Origin: the human T2T-CHM13v2.0 reference genome, Homo sapiens
Length of the DNA stretch: 64,000 nucleotides
Reading direction: 5' to 3' (one strand)
Assembly: GCF_009914755.1 (NCBI RefSeq)
Contig: NC_060939.1
Shown one piece after another: positions 24,401 through 39,367 of this stretch (positions are counted from its first letter, which is position 1; each line of letters opens with the position of its first letter). Under the pieces are notes generated by a model that was not told where the DNA came from, did not search any database, and saw only the letters and a program-made list of their open reading frames with translations. The position numbers and the translations under genes are program-made.

Positions 24401-25756
24401 TTAGGTAGCAGCCGTAACAAGTGTCCTGGGTATTCCTCCCTAGAAAGGAAATGTTGGTCACAAATGGCAGTGTCCTCTGCATTCAGTTCAGCTATGTGAC
24501 TGAAAGACACTGTTCTTCAGCAGCTGTGAGTTTACAAGATGTCGCACATTGAGTATTTTTCTCTAGCTTATTTAGAAACGCCAGTCTAGACTTCCGCAGT
24601 TTTGGATTCGTGGCCATAGTTTTGGCCTTTATTAGATGGCCCTCAAAGGTACTTTTCAGGTGGACATTGATTTCATGCCAGCTGTCAGAGATGATTTTCC
24701 CTAGAAATGGCTGGGTATATGGAGACATTCTGTATTAGAATGGAGGTATACACCCATCTCTTCTGTATTAGAGAGCAGGTGTTGCCCCCCGTGGTGCTCA
24801 GATTGCTTAGTGTGAGAAGGAAAAGACCAGTGATAAGAGGAGGAAAACTGCGCCTTCCATGTAGCTCAGTTAACAGCATCATGATTCTCCAGGATGGCCC
24901 CATTTCTGTTTTTATTTACAAAATGGACTTGAGAATTAATTAGTAAGCAAACTGTCTCCATTAGGTAAGTGGCATTCTGATTTGTCTGTGTAAAGTTCCA
25001 TTTCCCAAGTAATGTGTTCCAAAGCATTTTTATGTACAACTACTGGAAACTGCTGTACAAATGTTTGCTGCTATTTGGTTGTAACAAAATCAGTAATGAG
25101 TTTCAAAATGGAATAATTTCAGAGCCCTTCATCTACAGTAGTTTGGGAAACACTTGAAATACCAAGTGATCTGAATTCACTACAAGCTCTCCAACTGGAA
25201 AATGTGCCTGGTGTCGTCTTCAAGCAAGAATCCCCCGCCCCTTAACCACTGCTGCTGTGGACTTGAGTCTTCAACCTTGTTTTGTAGACTTTAGCATTTG
25301 TATTGTGTCATCCTTGACACCTCCCCAACCCCAGCCTTCCCAGCTTTGATTGCTTACCTTAGCAATGCTCTCAGCTTGGACCAGAAGGCACGGATGTTTC
25401 CCTGACCTTAACCTCACTGTGTATCAGCTCAAGGAAGAAGCCAGATTTGCTGATGTTGTAAGCACTAAATTATGTTCATAACATTTAACCCTCACATCCA
25501 TAAGCAAACTAAGTGGGAAAATATTGACTATTGTAGCAGTCATAGATTGTTTAGGAAGCAGCAAAAAGGCAAATTTTTCTTTAAAGTTCAAAATGGGGCG
25601 AAAGAGGGTAGGAAAGGAAAAGTTTATTAAGAAAATTGTATACTATATTAATTTGACTTTGCCGTCTAGACTTAAATTAAATTCATGTATTTTTTTGGTC
25701 TTAACACATTGACATGTATCAGTAAGTTAAAAACTTAAAAATACACAAATGATTAG

Positions 25757-26093
<337 letters not shown>

Positions 26094-26511
26094 TATTATG
26101 TGTTTCTTATAGAAAATCTCTCTAATTTTTTAATAAGCATGTTTTTACAAATGCTGTTTCCTGAGAACTGTCGCACCACATGCGACATGCCATGCATGCG
26201 ACTGGAACATGCCAGATATTTGTGGGTGGTCCCTTCGTGTCACCTGTGCCTTCTTACCAAGTAATTTGAAACACCCGTGTAAACTACCTTTGGCAAATAG
26301 GATAGCTAAATCACCGCTAAGATTTATAATTTACTTTTTGGATATCTGAAACATCAACAATACAGCCATCCATGGCGTGTTCCTCTGGAGTGTGGTCCGT
26401 GCCGTCTCTGCCTGCTCCATCTGGCTGATCCCAGGCAGGCAGCTCAGCTCTCAGCAGACACAGATCCCCAGCACATATGAACGTGAAAGAGGCTTCTCCG
26501 TGGGAGCGAAG

Positions 26512-26528
26512 TGGCCAGCAGGTGTCAC
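26512..26528 (+). promoter_or_regulatory. Candidate CTCF motif
   Basis: TGGCCAGCAGGTGTCAC: 13/14 match to the core with a favourable TGG prefix. Confidence 0.4.
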
Positions 26529-27139
26529 AGGCTGTGTGGGCCCAGCATCGTGTGGGCACTGTGCTGGGGGAATCCCATCACAGCATGTGCTGGCGTTAGT
26601 AGTAGACTGTGTGTGTCTCAGAGGGTCCAGAAAGTAATACAGTAAAGGCGCCTGGGGGTGTGTGGGGGTGGTTGGTTGGGGTTTGCTTGTTAGTTTGTTG
26701 TAAAAGCCCAGCTTTTCATTCTTGGAAAGATTTCAGCCAACTCGAGAGGGTTACCTGCCAGGAATGCTGCAGAAGCAAGAACTCAGTGGGTGAGCACTTC
26801 CATTTCTTCAACAAATGCTTCTGAGTCCCTGACCTGTGCCAGGTGCTCTTCTTGAGCTGAGAATCCTGCAGGGAAAAAAGAGATAAAGACCCCATAGTCC
26901 TGTGGTTTACCTTCTAATGAGCATACTTTTGTCGATCAAACAGGGTGACCTCTCTGGTGTCTCTGCACACTACCTGTATGGTCTTTGCGTAGCTGATGGG
27001 GTCTCCTGACTAGTGATTGGTGATTTTAATCTGGATTTTGCCACAGCACTTATTTTCTAACATATGACTTAATTTACTTAATAATTGTGTCTATTGAATG
27101 TATTCTTATACATACACACAGGCATGCACACACGGACAC

Positions 27140-27255
27140 GAATATAAGCTTTACAAGGACAGAAACCTTATCTTTTATTTATTTCTTCCTTGTGTATCCT
27201 GAGCACTGAGAACAGCCTGGCACAAAGCAGGGCTCAGGAAATGTTTGCTGAATGC
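27140..27255 (+). mobile_element. L2 3' end
   Basis: TAAGCTTTACAAGGACAGAAACCT...GCCTGGCACAAAGCAGGGCTCAGGAAATGTTTGCTGAATG; an antisense L2 end lies at about 26800-26920. Confidence 0.7.
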
Positions 27256-28069
27256 ATGTTCACACTGGATGTGTTCGAAGGCTCTCACTCGCGACTCCTG
27301 TTGGCTTGTGGAGAGTGCATCTAGCTGTAAAAGCCATGGTGCTTGGATGTCTTGGGGTGCTGAGCCTGTTCCCCCCTCATTTGGGGGTGTGGTGCTATGC
27401 TGGCGTTTGGGTCCATGCCCCGCATTTCTGATGGCTGCCCCATCTGCCCTGTGTGGGGTGGCAGAGTTCTGTGTACACAGAGTTACATTTCGTTGTTCCT
27501 GGCTTCTCTATGGATGACAGCAGCACTGATAAATGCCACACCTGCTTTCTCAGCAGTCTTGCGGGGTGATTTTTCCTCTTAAGGAAGTCACCTGATGTCC
27601 ATGCTGAGTAGGAAATGCATCCAAAGCTTTGGGAGCTCAGTGTTGGCCCCTGGGCTGCAGCCCGAGCCCCGTTTTAGAGCTGTGTCTCCCAGGCAGCTGT
27701 GATGACTGCTCGAAAGCCCACTCAGGGGGAAGGTAAACCTGATGCCCGGGTGTTTGGACAGTGAGCATGGCGAGTGGACCGTTACCTGTGCATAGAGTTG
27801 TTCATATGTGGTGACAGATGTTGGGCTGTTATTTAGTAACTTCAAATTGTTTTTCTTTGCGTCGGAGCCATGTCTAGGTTCTGAGTGCTTCTCCCAGGTC
27901 AGATGGAGAGCTCTTCATTTGGGGTTGGGGGAGCGGGGTGGTGTTTTCAGGTGCCCAAGGCATTCCATGCACATGCACCTGCAGGGTATGTGTCATCTGG
28001 GGTAAGACAGAGCCCTCCCGGTTCCTCTTCTGGATGTGTGCTTTTAGTTTTTAAAGAATGTCAGTATAT

Positions 28070-29210
28070 ACATTGCCATTTATTCAACAAATACGGACTG
28101 AGCATTCTGTTGTGCTGACGTAGCTACTTGGGGTTACAGAGACAAAGCCAACTCCATTCTCCAAATGGAAAACAAATGGAAACATTCTAGTGGTAGAAAC
28201 AGACAACAAACAAGTAGACAGAAAATAATGTCAGACAGTGGTAAGTGCTATGAAAAAAATACAGACTCACTGATTGTGATGGAGACTTTTAAGTTGGATT
28301 CTCATAGAAGGCCTTTCTGAAGAGGGGACATTTGCCCTGCCACTGTGAATCAGCCATGAGAAGACGTGGAGAGGAACATGAGGTGGTAGGCCCCAGCGAG
28401 GGAAAGATCTCCATGATGGCATCGATTATTCGCTCCACAAATATTATTGAGCACCTGCTGTGTGCCAGGCACTGTTCCTGGTGTCAGGGTTATAGAAGTG
28501 GACAAAATGAGGCCTCTGCCTCTGTGGAGCTTTTATTAAAGTAGGGAAGGGGATGGGAGGGCTGGGTCACATGTTAGGTGTGGGGTACAGGGTACGTGGT
28601 GCCAGGCAGGTATCCGGGTACCTTTTTACGTAGGGTATTCAGAGAAGGTCTCTAGAGAGGTGACATTTGGACGAAGACCTAAAGGAAAGGGAGGGGAAAG
28701 GCGAGGAGCTTGGAGAGCTTGGTGCATCTTGGTGGGGGATGGGGTAAACTGAGTCAGTTATGTAGGGCCCTGGAGGCCACGGTGAGGACTTCGGCTTTGA
28801 CTCTGAAAGGAGATGGCAGAGTTTGGAGCTGGTGTGTACGTTAACAGGACCATGCTGGCAGCTGCGTTAAGAGAGACTGTAAGGGCAAGGACAGAAGTAG
28901 AGAGACCAGTAGGAGTAGGCTGTTGCCCCATTGTAGGGCAGAGAAGATGAACCTTAGACCAGGATGGTGGAGATGGTCAGTGGAGAGAAGTAGTCAGAGT
29001 CTGGAAGCACCAGCAAGACTGTCTGGTGCACACAGGATGCACGTGGGATGTCCAGTGAGGAGGATGAGATGAGGTTGGGTGGCTGGAGCCTGGTGAGTGA
29101 CAGGCAGAGAGGGCTATTAGATCACATGGGCCCTGGAGCCATGGTGAAGAATTTGGATTTTGTTCTCTGTGTTGGAAAGTTAGCAGAGAGCTTATATGGG
29201 GGGTGAGATG
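28070..29210 (-). mobile_element. L2 fragments
   Basis: CATTTATTCAACAAATA; TATTATTGAGCACCTGCTGTGTGCCAGGCACTG; GAGGTGACATTTG; GGCCACGGTGAGGACTT.GGCTTT. Confidence 0.75.
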
Positions 29211-29234
29211 GCATAGGGACAATGTTAATAACAG

Positions 29235-29375
29235 CAACGAATATTTATTGAGCACTTACTGTGTACCAGCTGTTGCAACAGCCTCTCAAGGGTTCGTTCT
29301 GCTATTAGAGCCATGTTATAAATGAAGAAACTGAGGCACAGAGAGGTTAGCTAACTTGTCCAAGATCACACAGTT
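29235..29375. mobile_element. MIR SINE
   Basis: ATGAAGAAACTGAGGCACAGAGAGGTTA..TAACTTGTCCAAGATCACACAG core. Confidence 0.85.
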
Positions 29376-32300
29376 AGGGACAAACTTGACAGAATTATGT
29401 GTGTCCTGGTATGTATTTCAGTTTTCTTTAGGGAAGGTACCACAACTTTGGGTAACTATGCCCCTACCCCAGGATTTAAGATGTTTTGATGGTTGAAGGG
29501 CGATGTTTAAGAGTGGGACCAGAGAATATTGAGGTATTAAAATCTCACTAAATCTGTATTCATTATATCTGTATTCATGGTATAATTCATGTGCCTCCCC
29601 CTTTCGTGAGCCCCTCAAACATGATCATGGATATGTTTTCTCCACCCGTAAAGTACGTTCATATTCATAGAAAACCCACAGAGAACTGCAGACCTGAAGG
29701 TTTCTTTGTAAGAGCTTTCATTGGATAGCTAGAAGGGCTGCAGTAAGTTTAAAAAAAAAAAAACCCAAACCACCCTGGATTCCAGGCTGCACAGCCTCTA
29801 GGAGGTGTGGGTAATCCCTTTATAAAGCTTGGCATAATTTCTGTTAAGACTTGCTTATTTTGCTCTCAGCTTGCTATCTTGATATGTTTGCCTTTGAGGA
29901 GGTTAGAGTTATTGTGATTTAATCACAGACCATGTATTTCGCAAGATTCATTTGGTATCTCCAGCTTGTTTTCTTGTTTCCTCGGCTGTCAGTCCACAGG
30001 CAGAGGTGGGAGGCGGCCGGCATGGGGGACCGAGTGTGGTAGAAAGGAGTGTTTACTTAGCGGAGGGGAGTGCTGAGGGCTGCTGTTACCTTCCCAGAAT
30101 GGCTGATCCCCAGCAGTGATGAGCAGGCTGGGATCGTGGTGTTAAATTTGGTATTTTCTAGAAATATATAGCAGGCTTTCCCCTCCACCTGCCCCCCTTC
30201 AAGGTTTCGAAGCCTTGTGTTTTGCAAGAGTTGAGAGGGGAACAGTTAATAGCTTGGATTATCTTGTCTCTGGAGAGAATTTATGTATCAATTCACCGGA
30301 AGACTGCTCTGGTATTAGGGCAACAAGAATGGTTTTATTTCTCCCTTCCTTTCCTGCACTCTGTTCTTATGTAATTCTTGTATTAAAACCATTCCTGGTA
30401 AATTAGAACATGCTCTTGTATTTGGGCCCTGCTTTGAAGAAGGCTGCTGAGTCTAAAAAGTTTGGTAGCCTCTCGTTTCTCATGGTGATTTCTGAGATTT
30501 CTAGGGACTTGGTGTTTTACAGAGCTTGTTGAGTTGCACAAACCAGCCTCCTTGGCCCTTCTAGGTGATAAAAGATGCTGGGCTGGGAGGGCAGCTGTGG
30601 AAAAGGGTGTGGGCGAGGGAGACAGTGCTTCATCCTGCCTGGATGAAGCATGTTGGTTGTTGGTTTATTCATAAATTAGAAAAATATATTAAGAATTGAA
30701 GTTGTTCCTTATCTCATAAGATTTCTAGCAGGCTGCATAAAGTCTGTAGATGGTAATATCCATTTAAAAGTGGACAATGAAAAAATTACCTCTTTGGGAG
30801 TTGTGTTGCTATCTCTACCCCAATTTGGCAATCTTTAATTAACTTGGCAACCCCCGTTTTACCAACAAAGAACAACCTTTGATTAAAAAAAAATAAAATG
30901 TCAGGGAGTGAAAGATACGGAGTGTGACTCAGCAGATGGGAATTCCTTTAATAACACGCTGGGTGTTAGCGTTAGAACCGCCACTGAACAGCTCTGCAGG
31001 ATGCCCTCCCAGCCCTCCCTCCACCTATTTGGATTAGACCAGGAGACTGCAGCAAACTTCTCAAGGGGAGGCGAACTTGGTGTTGGTATCTGAGCGATTG
31101 TCTGTTTCAATTGTTTCCCTCTGTCTTGGAAAACACCGGCACAAAACACAAATCCAGTCCCAGTTCCTGCAGCTGCTGGGGCGAAGCAGGCTTTTTATGA
31201 ATGAGGCCCAGAAGGGGGAGGAGAGGGCTTGTGTTACAGCAGCAGTTGGGTAATACATTTCATTCACTTGCAGCCATCTAGCCCAGGCTTCATTTTAAAG
31301 GATATTGTTCATTTTTGGCAATTCAGATTAGACTTTTTTTCTTCCTTGTGCAACTGTTGGTAAGTTAGAACACGAAGCATGTGTGTGCATTCTTTTTGCT
31401 TGCTTTTTTGAGTGTTTGCTCCTTTAGTTGGGATAAATGGTAGGAGAGGTAGGAAGGCTTTGTCATCCCCGGGGACCTTGCTTACTTCTCCCTCCCAGCA
31501 CCACTTAAGAGAAGAGGAGGTGGCCTCCCTCTCCCCAACCTCAGAGCCCTCAAAGCCCTTGATAGTGAGCCTGAGCACTTGTTAGGAGGTGACTTCTACC
31601 TGGGGTGTGCTGGGGTCCACATGTGCCAGTCTCTCTGCCCTGCTCCCCGTGAGCGGCTCTTTATTTGTGGCCCTTGAGGCCCCATTGTTGTGGCCACCAA
31701 AACCTGAATTGGAAGCTGTGTGACAATGCTGGTCCCCCTCCCTGCACTGCTTCCTGCTGGGGGCAGAACAAAGAGAGCGGGCATTGTCTCTGGCATAAAT
31801 GAACCTCTATCAAAACAAACACCCAGAGAGAGGGGCAGCCTGGTTACAGCTGCCTGTGTGAGCCTCGACAGTGGGCCTCATTCCTCACAAAGGGAGCTTT
31901 GAGGCCCGGAAGAGGCCTTTCCTTGATGATCGAGCTGTGCACAGGGAGCAAACCCCAAGCCGACTGCTTGTCTGTGCCACCCTCAAACAATGATTTCCCC
32001 AAATTGGACAGCCTGGGTTTGTATCCTTGAGCACGGTTTTGGGAAGAGCATTCTGCATGAGGCATTGTAGCTATGTGTATGGAGTATAATTCTGTTTTCA
32101 GGTTGCTCTGCCACAGAGGTTAAGAACTCCCTCTTCCAAGGTAGACATTGAGAACAGAGACGACCACACTGGGTTTTCACTGCAGCTTTTAAACAGGATG
32201 ACTCCCAGCCCCCATCCCCGTGGCTAGCAGCAAGCAGGGACTCTGAAACACTGCAAGCCAATGGACTGAGCATCTTACTTTTGCTGTCCGTGTTTTGGTG

Positions 32301-33452
32301 TTTTGTAAACCCATCTGGTAATGACCCTGATGCCCCATGTCCCAGCAAGGGCATAGGTACCTGCCATTGTGCACCAAAGTCCCTTTCCTCATGGCCCTGG
32401 CTGTTCTCCTGCATGGGGTCATGTGTGTCCCGTTACCAAGTTGTGGCCCCTTTTCAACCTTGAGTGCCACATCTGGGCTGTTGTAGGCATGGGTAGTACA
32501 AGCTGGGTTTGTTACTCTAAAAATGAAAGGGAGGATCAGTTGTTAATACCTTCCTGTAGGTGCGAGAGGGAATGAGTTGAGGATTCGATCACTGTTTATA
32601 GCCAGTCTCGGATCCTGATTGTGAAGTCATTCTTTCTGGATAATAACTACTATATCCAGCATCTTGAGAGTATAAAATAAAGGCACATGTTGTACGTCAT
32701 CTCTGAGATGTAGCGATGGCTTGGACTTTGGAGGCTGATGAGAGAAAACTCATGGTGGTGAGCTGGAGCAGGGTGTGGCTGGCGGATTCTGAAGGTGCTA
32801 GCCCTAGTTTTACAGCTGACCAGGGAAGGTCATTGAACCCTACAGTCTTGGCCCTGAGAGAACCTTGGAGGACTTAAGGATGGAGAAAGGTGACAAAAGA
32901 GATGCAAGCCAACAGCAATTTTGTGGAACAAAGTGTGTACAGGATTTGAACTTAACTCTGCGAAAGACAGGGGTTGCTTGTATGCACGAATTCACATCTG
33001 AAGAATGCATCTGATTGTGGCTGCAATTTCTGTGGACGTGCAAACATCTACCTGTGCATTTTATTTGTCTAGCATCATTGAAAGAGTTTTTTGCTTGAGT
33101 TGATTTCCCAGGTAATTGAAGCTTACTTCTCAAAGCACAAGATATTTTTTCTCATATATTAGCGGTCTTAAGTGAGTGAGACCCCTAAGAATTCTTAATT
33201 CCTTTATCTTACTTTTCCTACAGGAAACTTATTATGTTTTCCTAGATAGGAATTGTGCTACCAAAAATGAAAAGTAAACGTAATATGTAATGTTCTACTG
33301 GTAATTGTTTCCATTTTAGGTTGACACCGAACTAATGATATTTAAATTGTAGCTGACTTGAAACACAGTGAAAAAATGGTTTCCTGCTGTTTTTTTAAAG
33401 CTGGATTCAGTAACATGAAGGTAATTAAAAATGTACAGATCTCAGTAATAGA

Positions 33453-34514
<1,062 letters not shown>

Positions 34515-35099
34515 TATTTCTATTCCTCAGTCATGGGCTCACCATGCAGTACACATGTGTGGTCACTGGAGGGAATGGAAGAACACTGAGGAAATGCATA
34601 GCCTGTTTCATATATTTATTACACTATTATTTATTTAGAGGAATGTTAAGAAATCTTGCTTTTATGTAGTTTTAGAATGCCATGAAATATCTAGTTGGGG
34701 CATTATCTGCCATTTTGCAAGGTAATCTTCCACTTCTGAATAACGTTACAAGTAACCCGCGTTTGGAGGACTGATTTGGGACTAAGGCAAGGAATTTAGG
34801 AGGCACAAGTAGAGGGGAAGAAATAAACACATGACTTTTGTTTTTGTTTTTGTTTTTGTTTTTTGAAAGAAGGACAGTGGTTTGCTTGTTGATTCTGCTT
34901 TGAGAGGATGGGGATGCACTCCAGAGAAAGTGAAACGGGGCTATGGGAGGAAGAGAGCAGCGCACACACAGCACCTGCATTTGATTGTGAATGCGATTGT
35001 GACTCCTTAGGCAGGAAGGAGAGTGCTAAGACCGTCATCATGGACACTCAGAAAATACCTGCTAATCCGTTTACTGGAAGATACAGGGAGCTGCAGATA

Positions 35100-35433
<334 letters not shown>

Positions 35434-36170
35434 TAATTATTTGCCAAAGTTTGAAACTGCCATTATATTCAAAGGCATTCTCTTTTGGGAGTGGTTTTAT
35501 ATTTAAGGTTTGAATTTAGATGACCTCAATCTTGAGGTGTTATCGGAGCATTACAGGGGAGTCTTATATACATGCAGGTGCGATTTAATTTGAAGATACT
35601 TCCATTTAAACTTTATGCTGCCAGAGTTGGCCAGCTAAGCAAAAAGAATTCTGATAGGTCTTATTCTCCTCCCCATCCCACACGCTGATTTTTTTTTTCT
35701 TTGTGTTTGGCCGAAACATTTTACATTTCTCATTTTTCACAGAGCTACTGTTTCTCTAGGATTGTTTTCCCTGAAGTGTGTACCCTGTGTTTGGGCAGAG
35801 CAGCAAGACCAGACTTCCAAATGGCATGCTGCGTTTTAATGTGCTTTCATAATTGTCTGTTCCAAAAGGGTGCCTGTGTGTGTATGGTGTGTGTGTGTGT
35901 GTGTGATTCAGAGCACCTGAGAGCACACTGCCCGTTGTCCCCTCCAGCCCTTCTGAAATGCAGGCCACCCTTTCTGTTTCAGTTGCCCCTTGGGTGGCAG
36001 TCTGTGATAACTCAAGGTCAGGAGGAAGTATTTGTTTTGGTTGTCTTGTTTAACTAATTAAATCTTTAATCTTGGTCCTTAAAAGAAACTAAAATAAAAT
36101 CGTAAAGTAGTTCTGATAAGTCCTTGCCATAAATTATTGCTTTTGTAAACGCACATAAAGGACTCTGAAC

Positions 36171-36720
36171 TGTTGCTACTCATAACATTTCTGACGCCAA
36201 ATGTGTGGGGTTTTGCCATACCAACAACCAGTTGTCTAACTCTCCAGACACCAACTGGGGGCCTTACAATTCAGTGCAGTTCTGACACTCACCACCTGGA
36301 GTTAGCACAGACTCCACAGGGATGAGGGTTCAGTCCCACGAGTCTGCCCTTGCTGCAGATGCGAGTAGCAGGTATGGGGTGCCCACACTTCTGTCTGACT
36401 TGCCTGAAAGGTTGAGAGTTTGTTGCCAGGCCCCTTGCTTTCAGGTCTGATAACTTGCTAGGTTATTAAACCTGAAACTTGATAACTTCTGTAGATGTTG
36501 AAATTAGAACGGCCTCACTCACCTGGGCTCACAAAATTCCAGAAAGTAGTTGACGTCCTATTACTGGTTTACCGTGAAGGCTCTATGTCCAGAGTGGACA
36601 GGACAAGTGGAAGAGTGGCACAGGGCGAGGTGTGGGGGGTGGCGTGGAGCTCCTTTTCAGGAGTCTCTAAGAAGGTGGGACTCCAGCGGCAATGCCTTGT
36701 CCATGTGCTAAGCCAGCCGA
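36171..36720 (-). mobile_element. MER21-like LTR carrying a foreign insertion at ~36462-36526
   Basis: TTCTGAC.CCAAATGTGTGGGG...CAATTCAG...TTCTGACACT...CCTGGAGTTAGCACAGACTCCACAGG...TCAGTCCCAC; the distal boundary is uncertain. Confidence 0.7.
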
Positions 36721-37261
36721 GGGCGCACGAAGTGCTGTGTGGTGTCCAAGCTGACTTGGGAGGGACCAGTTTGGGGCCAGCCCCCCAGCCTCACTTGTCA
36801 TGTCCCACCTCTGCTGGCATCTGTGGGCTTAAAGTGCCTTCACTCCCATCCTTTTCAACTATTTCTTGATTAAAAAAAAAAAACAAAAAACTGTTGAATA
36901 GTAGGAGACTCTCTCTCTCATTGGTATTTGTGGGAATAAATATTAAATAAACACTTTCTAATAGGTGTTACCAGGACGCCTAAGGAAATTATCTCACAGA
37001 GTTTTCAACACTGTGAAAAGAGAAGCTGACTGCCAGGGAGAGATCCCTTTTTCCTAGTCCTTGTGAACATGTGCTGGACAGCCAGGAGTGGCACTGTGGC
37101 AAGAAACACCCGTTCTCTGGCATTAGTAAGAGGGATATAGCCAAGGGTATCTGTATACCAGTGTTAGGCCCATACATCCATAAAACATTGATGTGAGAGC
37201 TTTAGGGCACAGCTGACCCTAAGCCTAACGTGATCATTAATGTCATGAAAATTGGAGAATT

Positions 37262-37395
37262 GGTCAGGCGCGGTGGCTCACACCTGTAATCCCAGCACGT
37301 TGGGAGGCCGAGGTGGATAGATCACTTGAGGTCAGGAGTTCAAGACCAACCTGGGCAACATGGTGAAACCCCGTCTCAAAAGAAAAAAAAGAAAA
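37262..37395 (+). mobile_element. Free left Alu monomer (FLAM-like)
   Basis: Single arm plus A tail; exact 15-bp TSD GAAAATTGGAGAATT at 37247-37261 and 37396-37410. Confidence 0.9.
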
Positions 37396-37984
37396 GAAAA
37401 TTGGAGAATTTATAACGTCTGATGTGACCTGTTCTTTAGGTGTTGAAATTAGAACGGCCTCACTCACCTGGGACATTCTTCAGCTCACGCCCTGTACCTG
37501 GCTTACAGTTGCTCAGTGAAATGCTTTCTTGATTGTAGCATGGTGGGATTTTTATAAATCCAAATGACTTAGAGGTAGGTGTCACATTTTTAGCAGCTAA
37601 AATCATACTAATCGTAAAGCTCAGATTCCTGTAAGTAGGGCGCTGAGCACAGGCTGCATCCTGGATATATGAATAGATGAACCAGATCGTGTACATGTGG
37701 GACACGTTCTTTGTCCTTTGGGACTTTCTTTTGCTTGGATGTTGGTAGTAACCATGTAAGTTCGGGCAGCTTTCTAGAAACTTTCCTTGTTGTGCAACAT
37801 TATGCAATAAATGCACTGCTTTGTGATATCTGAGACGTTTTGGTTTTCTTCAGCTTGTTTGAGTTAAATTTAGACTCCTGGCATAGTTTTAGGTTTGAAT
37901 GCATTCTCTGAGATAGGATAAGGACCAAAACATCCACTCAGCAGCCAGATGGGATTTTATCCTTGTGCTGCCATTTTTGAGACT

Positions 37985-38115
37985 CATGCCTCTGTTTCAC
38001 TCTCTGTAAGATGGCATTAATAGTGAGGGATTGTTGTGCTGTGAGGTTTAAATGAGCTAATCCCTGTGAGGAGTTTACAGCAGGGCCTGGGCCATAGTGA
38101 AACACTGTGTATGTG
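37985..38115. mobile_element. MIR SINE
   Basis: TGCCTCTGTTTC..TCTCTGTAAGATGG...GTGAGGTTTAAATGAG.TAAT. Confidence 0.7.
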
Positions 38116-39058
38116 GAAGCCACTTCACTTTTGTCATAGCTTTGTTGTCATTAGTGTATACCCTGTCTCCTTGCCGTTTATGGGTCCTTCTTTCAAGCAG
38201 TCGGATTTTCTGTCTGACATAGTATAAGTTTAGAGGAAACAATAGCAGCTGTAAGATAATAGTAATTTTCCTTCTGAAATCATTTTGGTGAATTTAGTCA
38301 GAATATCTGATCCATAAACTCTCATTATAAAACATTGCCTTATGATTGGAGTTTTTTCTGAGAACAGTTCCAATGAACATGATTTTTTGGTGGTGAGGTA
38401 CTATTTCTGTGCAGTAATGAAGTTGTGAGGACACACAGATACCACATCCATGTTGTTTGGGAATTGTTTGGGAAAGGTACGTGGGATAGCCTGGCATGGG
38501 GAAGAATGATGTTAGGGTATTCTCCTTGAGGAGCTCAGAATAACCAAAGGTAAAGCATTTGGTGGTATAAGATATATTCATCTTAAAAATAAGTTGAAAA
38601 TAATAAGATACTGGGAGATGTTAGCCACCGAAGTAAATAACTACAGTGAAATAGCTCTTTATTAATTTTGAAACCTAAAGTTGAAAGAGTTCCGTATTAT
38701 TTGTCAGTATCTTTATCCTCTTCAAAAATGTTTCCAGCTTTGGGATAAATTGTGAATAATTGTTTCACTTTGTTTTTTAATATTGGCTATGTAGTGATTT
38801 TGCATTGAACTGTGATATAAGAATGATCATCAGCCCCTTGAGATTACTGTGTGTACCTGTGTCACCAGTGGCATATAGGGGCTTAAAAGCAAGTAAGTTT
38901 AATATATACATTCATTGAGAACACACTGTAGACTGTTAGGATTTTCGGTGCTGGAGCCATAGTGATGAATATGACAAGGCCCTCACCCTTGAGGTGCCTA
39001 TAGTCGTGTGGAACCTAGGTCCTCGCAGGGACTCTAGGGCAGGTATGTTCTTGAAAGA

Positions 39059-39367
39059 TTTTTTTTTTTTTTTCTTTTTGAAGAGACAGGGTCTTGCCTT
39101 ATTGCCTACACTGGAGTGCAGTGGTGCGGTCATAGCCCACTGCAAGCTCAAAGTCCTGGGCTCAAGAAATCGTCCTGTCTCAGCCTCCCGAGTAGCTAGG
39201 ACTACAGGTGTGCACCACCATGTCTGGCTAATTTTTATTTGTATTTTATTTTTATAGAGTCAGAGTCTTACTCTATTGCCCAGGCTGATCTTGAACTCCT
39301 ATCTCAAGTGATCCTCCTGCCTCAGCCTCCCAAAGTGCTGGGATTACAGGCATGAGCCACTGTGCCC
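39059..39367 (-). mobile_element. AluJ element
   Basis: GAGACAGGGTCTTGC, TCATAGCCCACTGCA, CCTGGGCTCAAG. Confidence 0.92.

Noticed and set aside
26175-26216. p53 response element (several CATG cores)
   Set aside because: The CATG cores are not at the 10-bp spacing needed for two adjacent RRRCWWGYYY half-sites.
32827-32839. IR1 nuclear-receptor element AGGTCAtTGAACC
   Set aside because: A single isolated motif with no supporting cluster; such matches are expected occasionally by chance.
35622-35633. CAGAGTTGGCCA, a 12-mer matching the MIR4714 3' arm
   Set aside because: A short match compatible with chance; it is intronic and so not a plausible cytoplasmic miRNA target.
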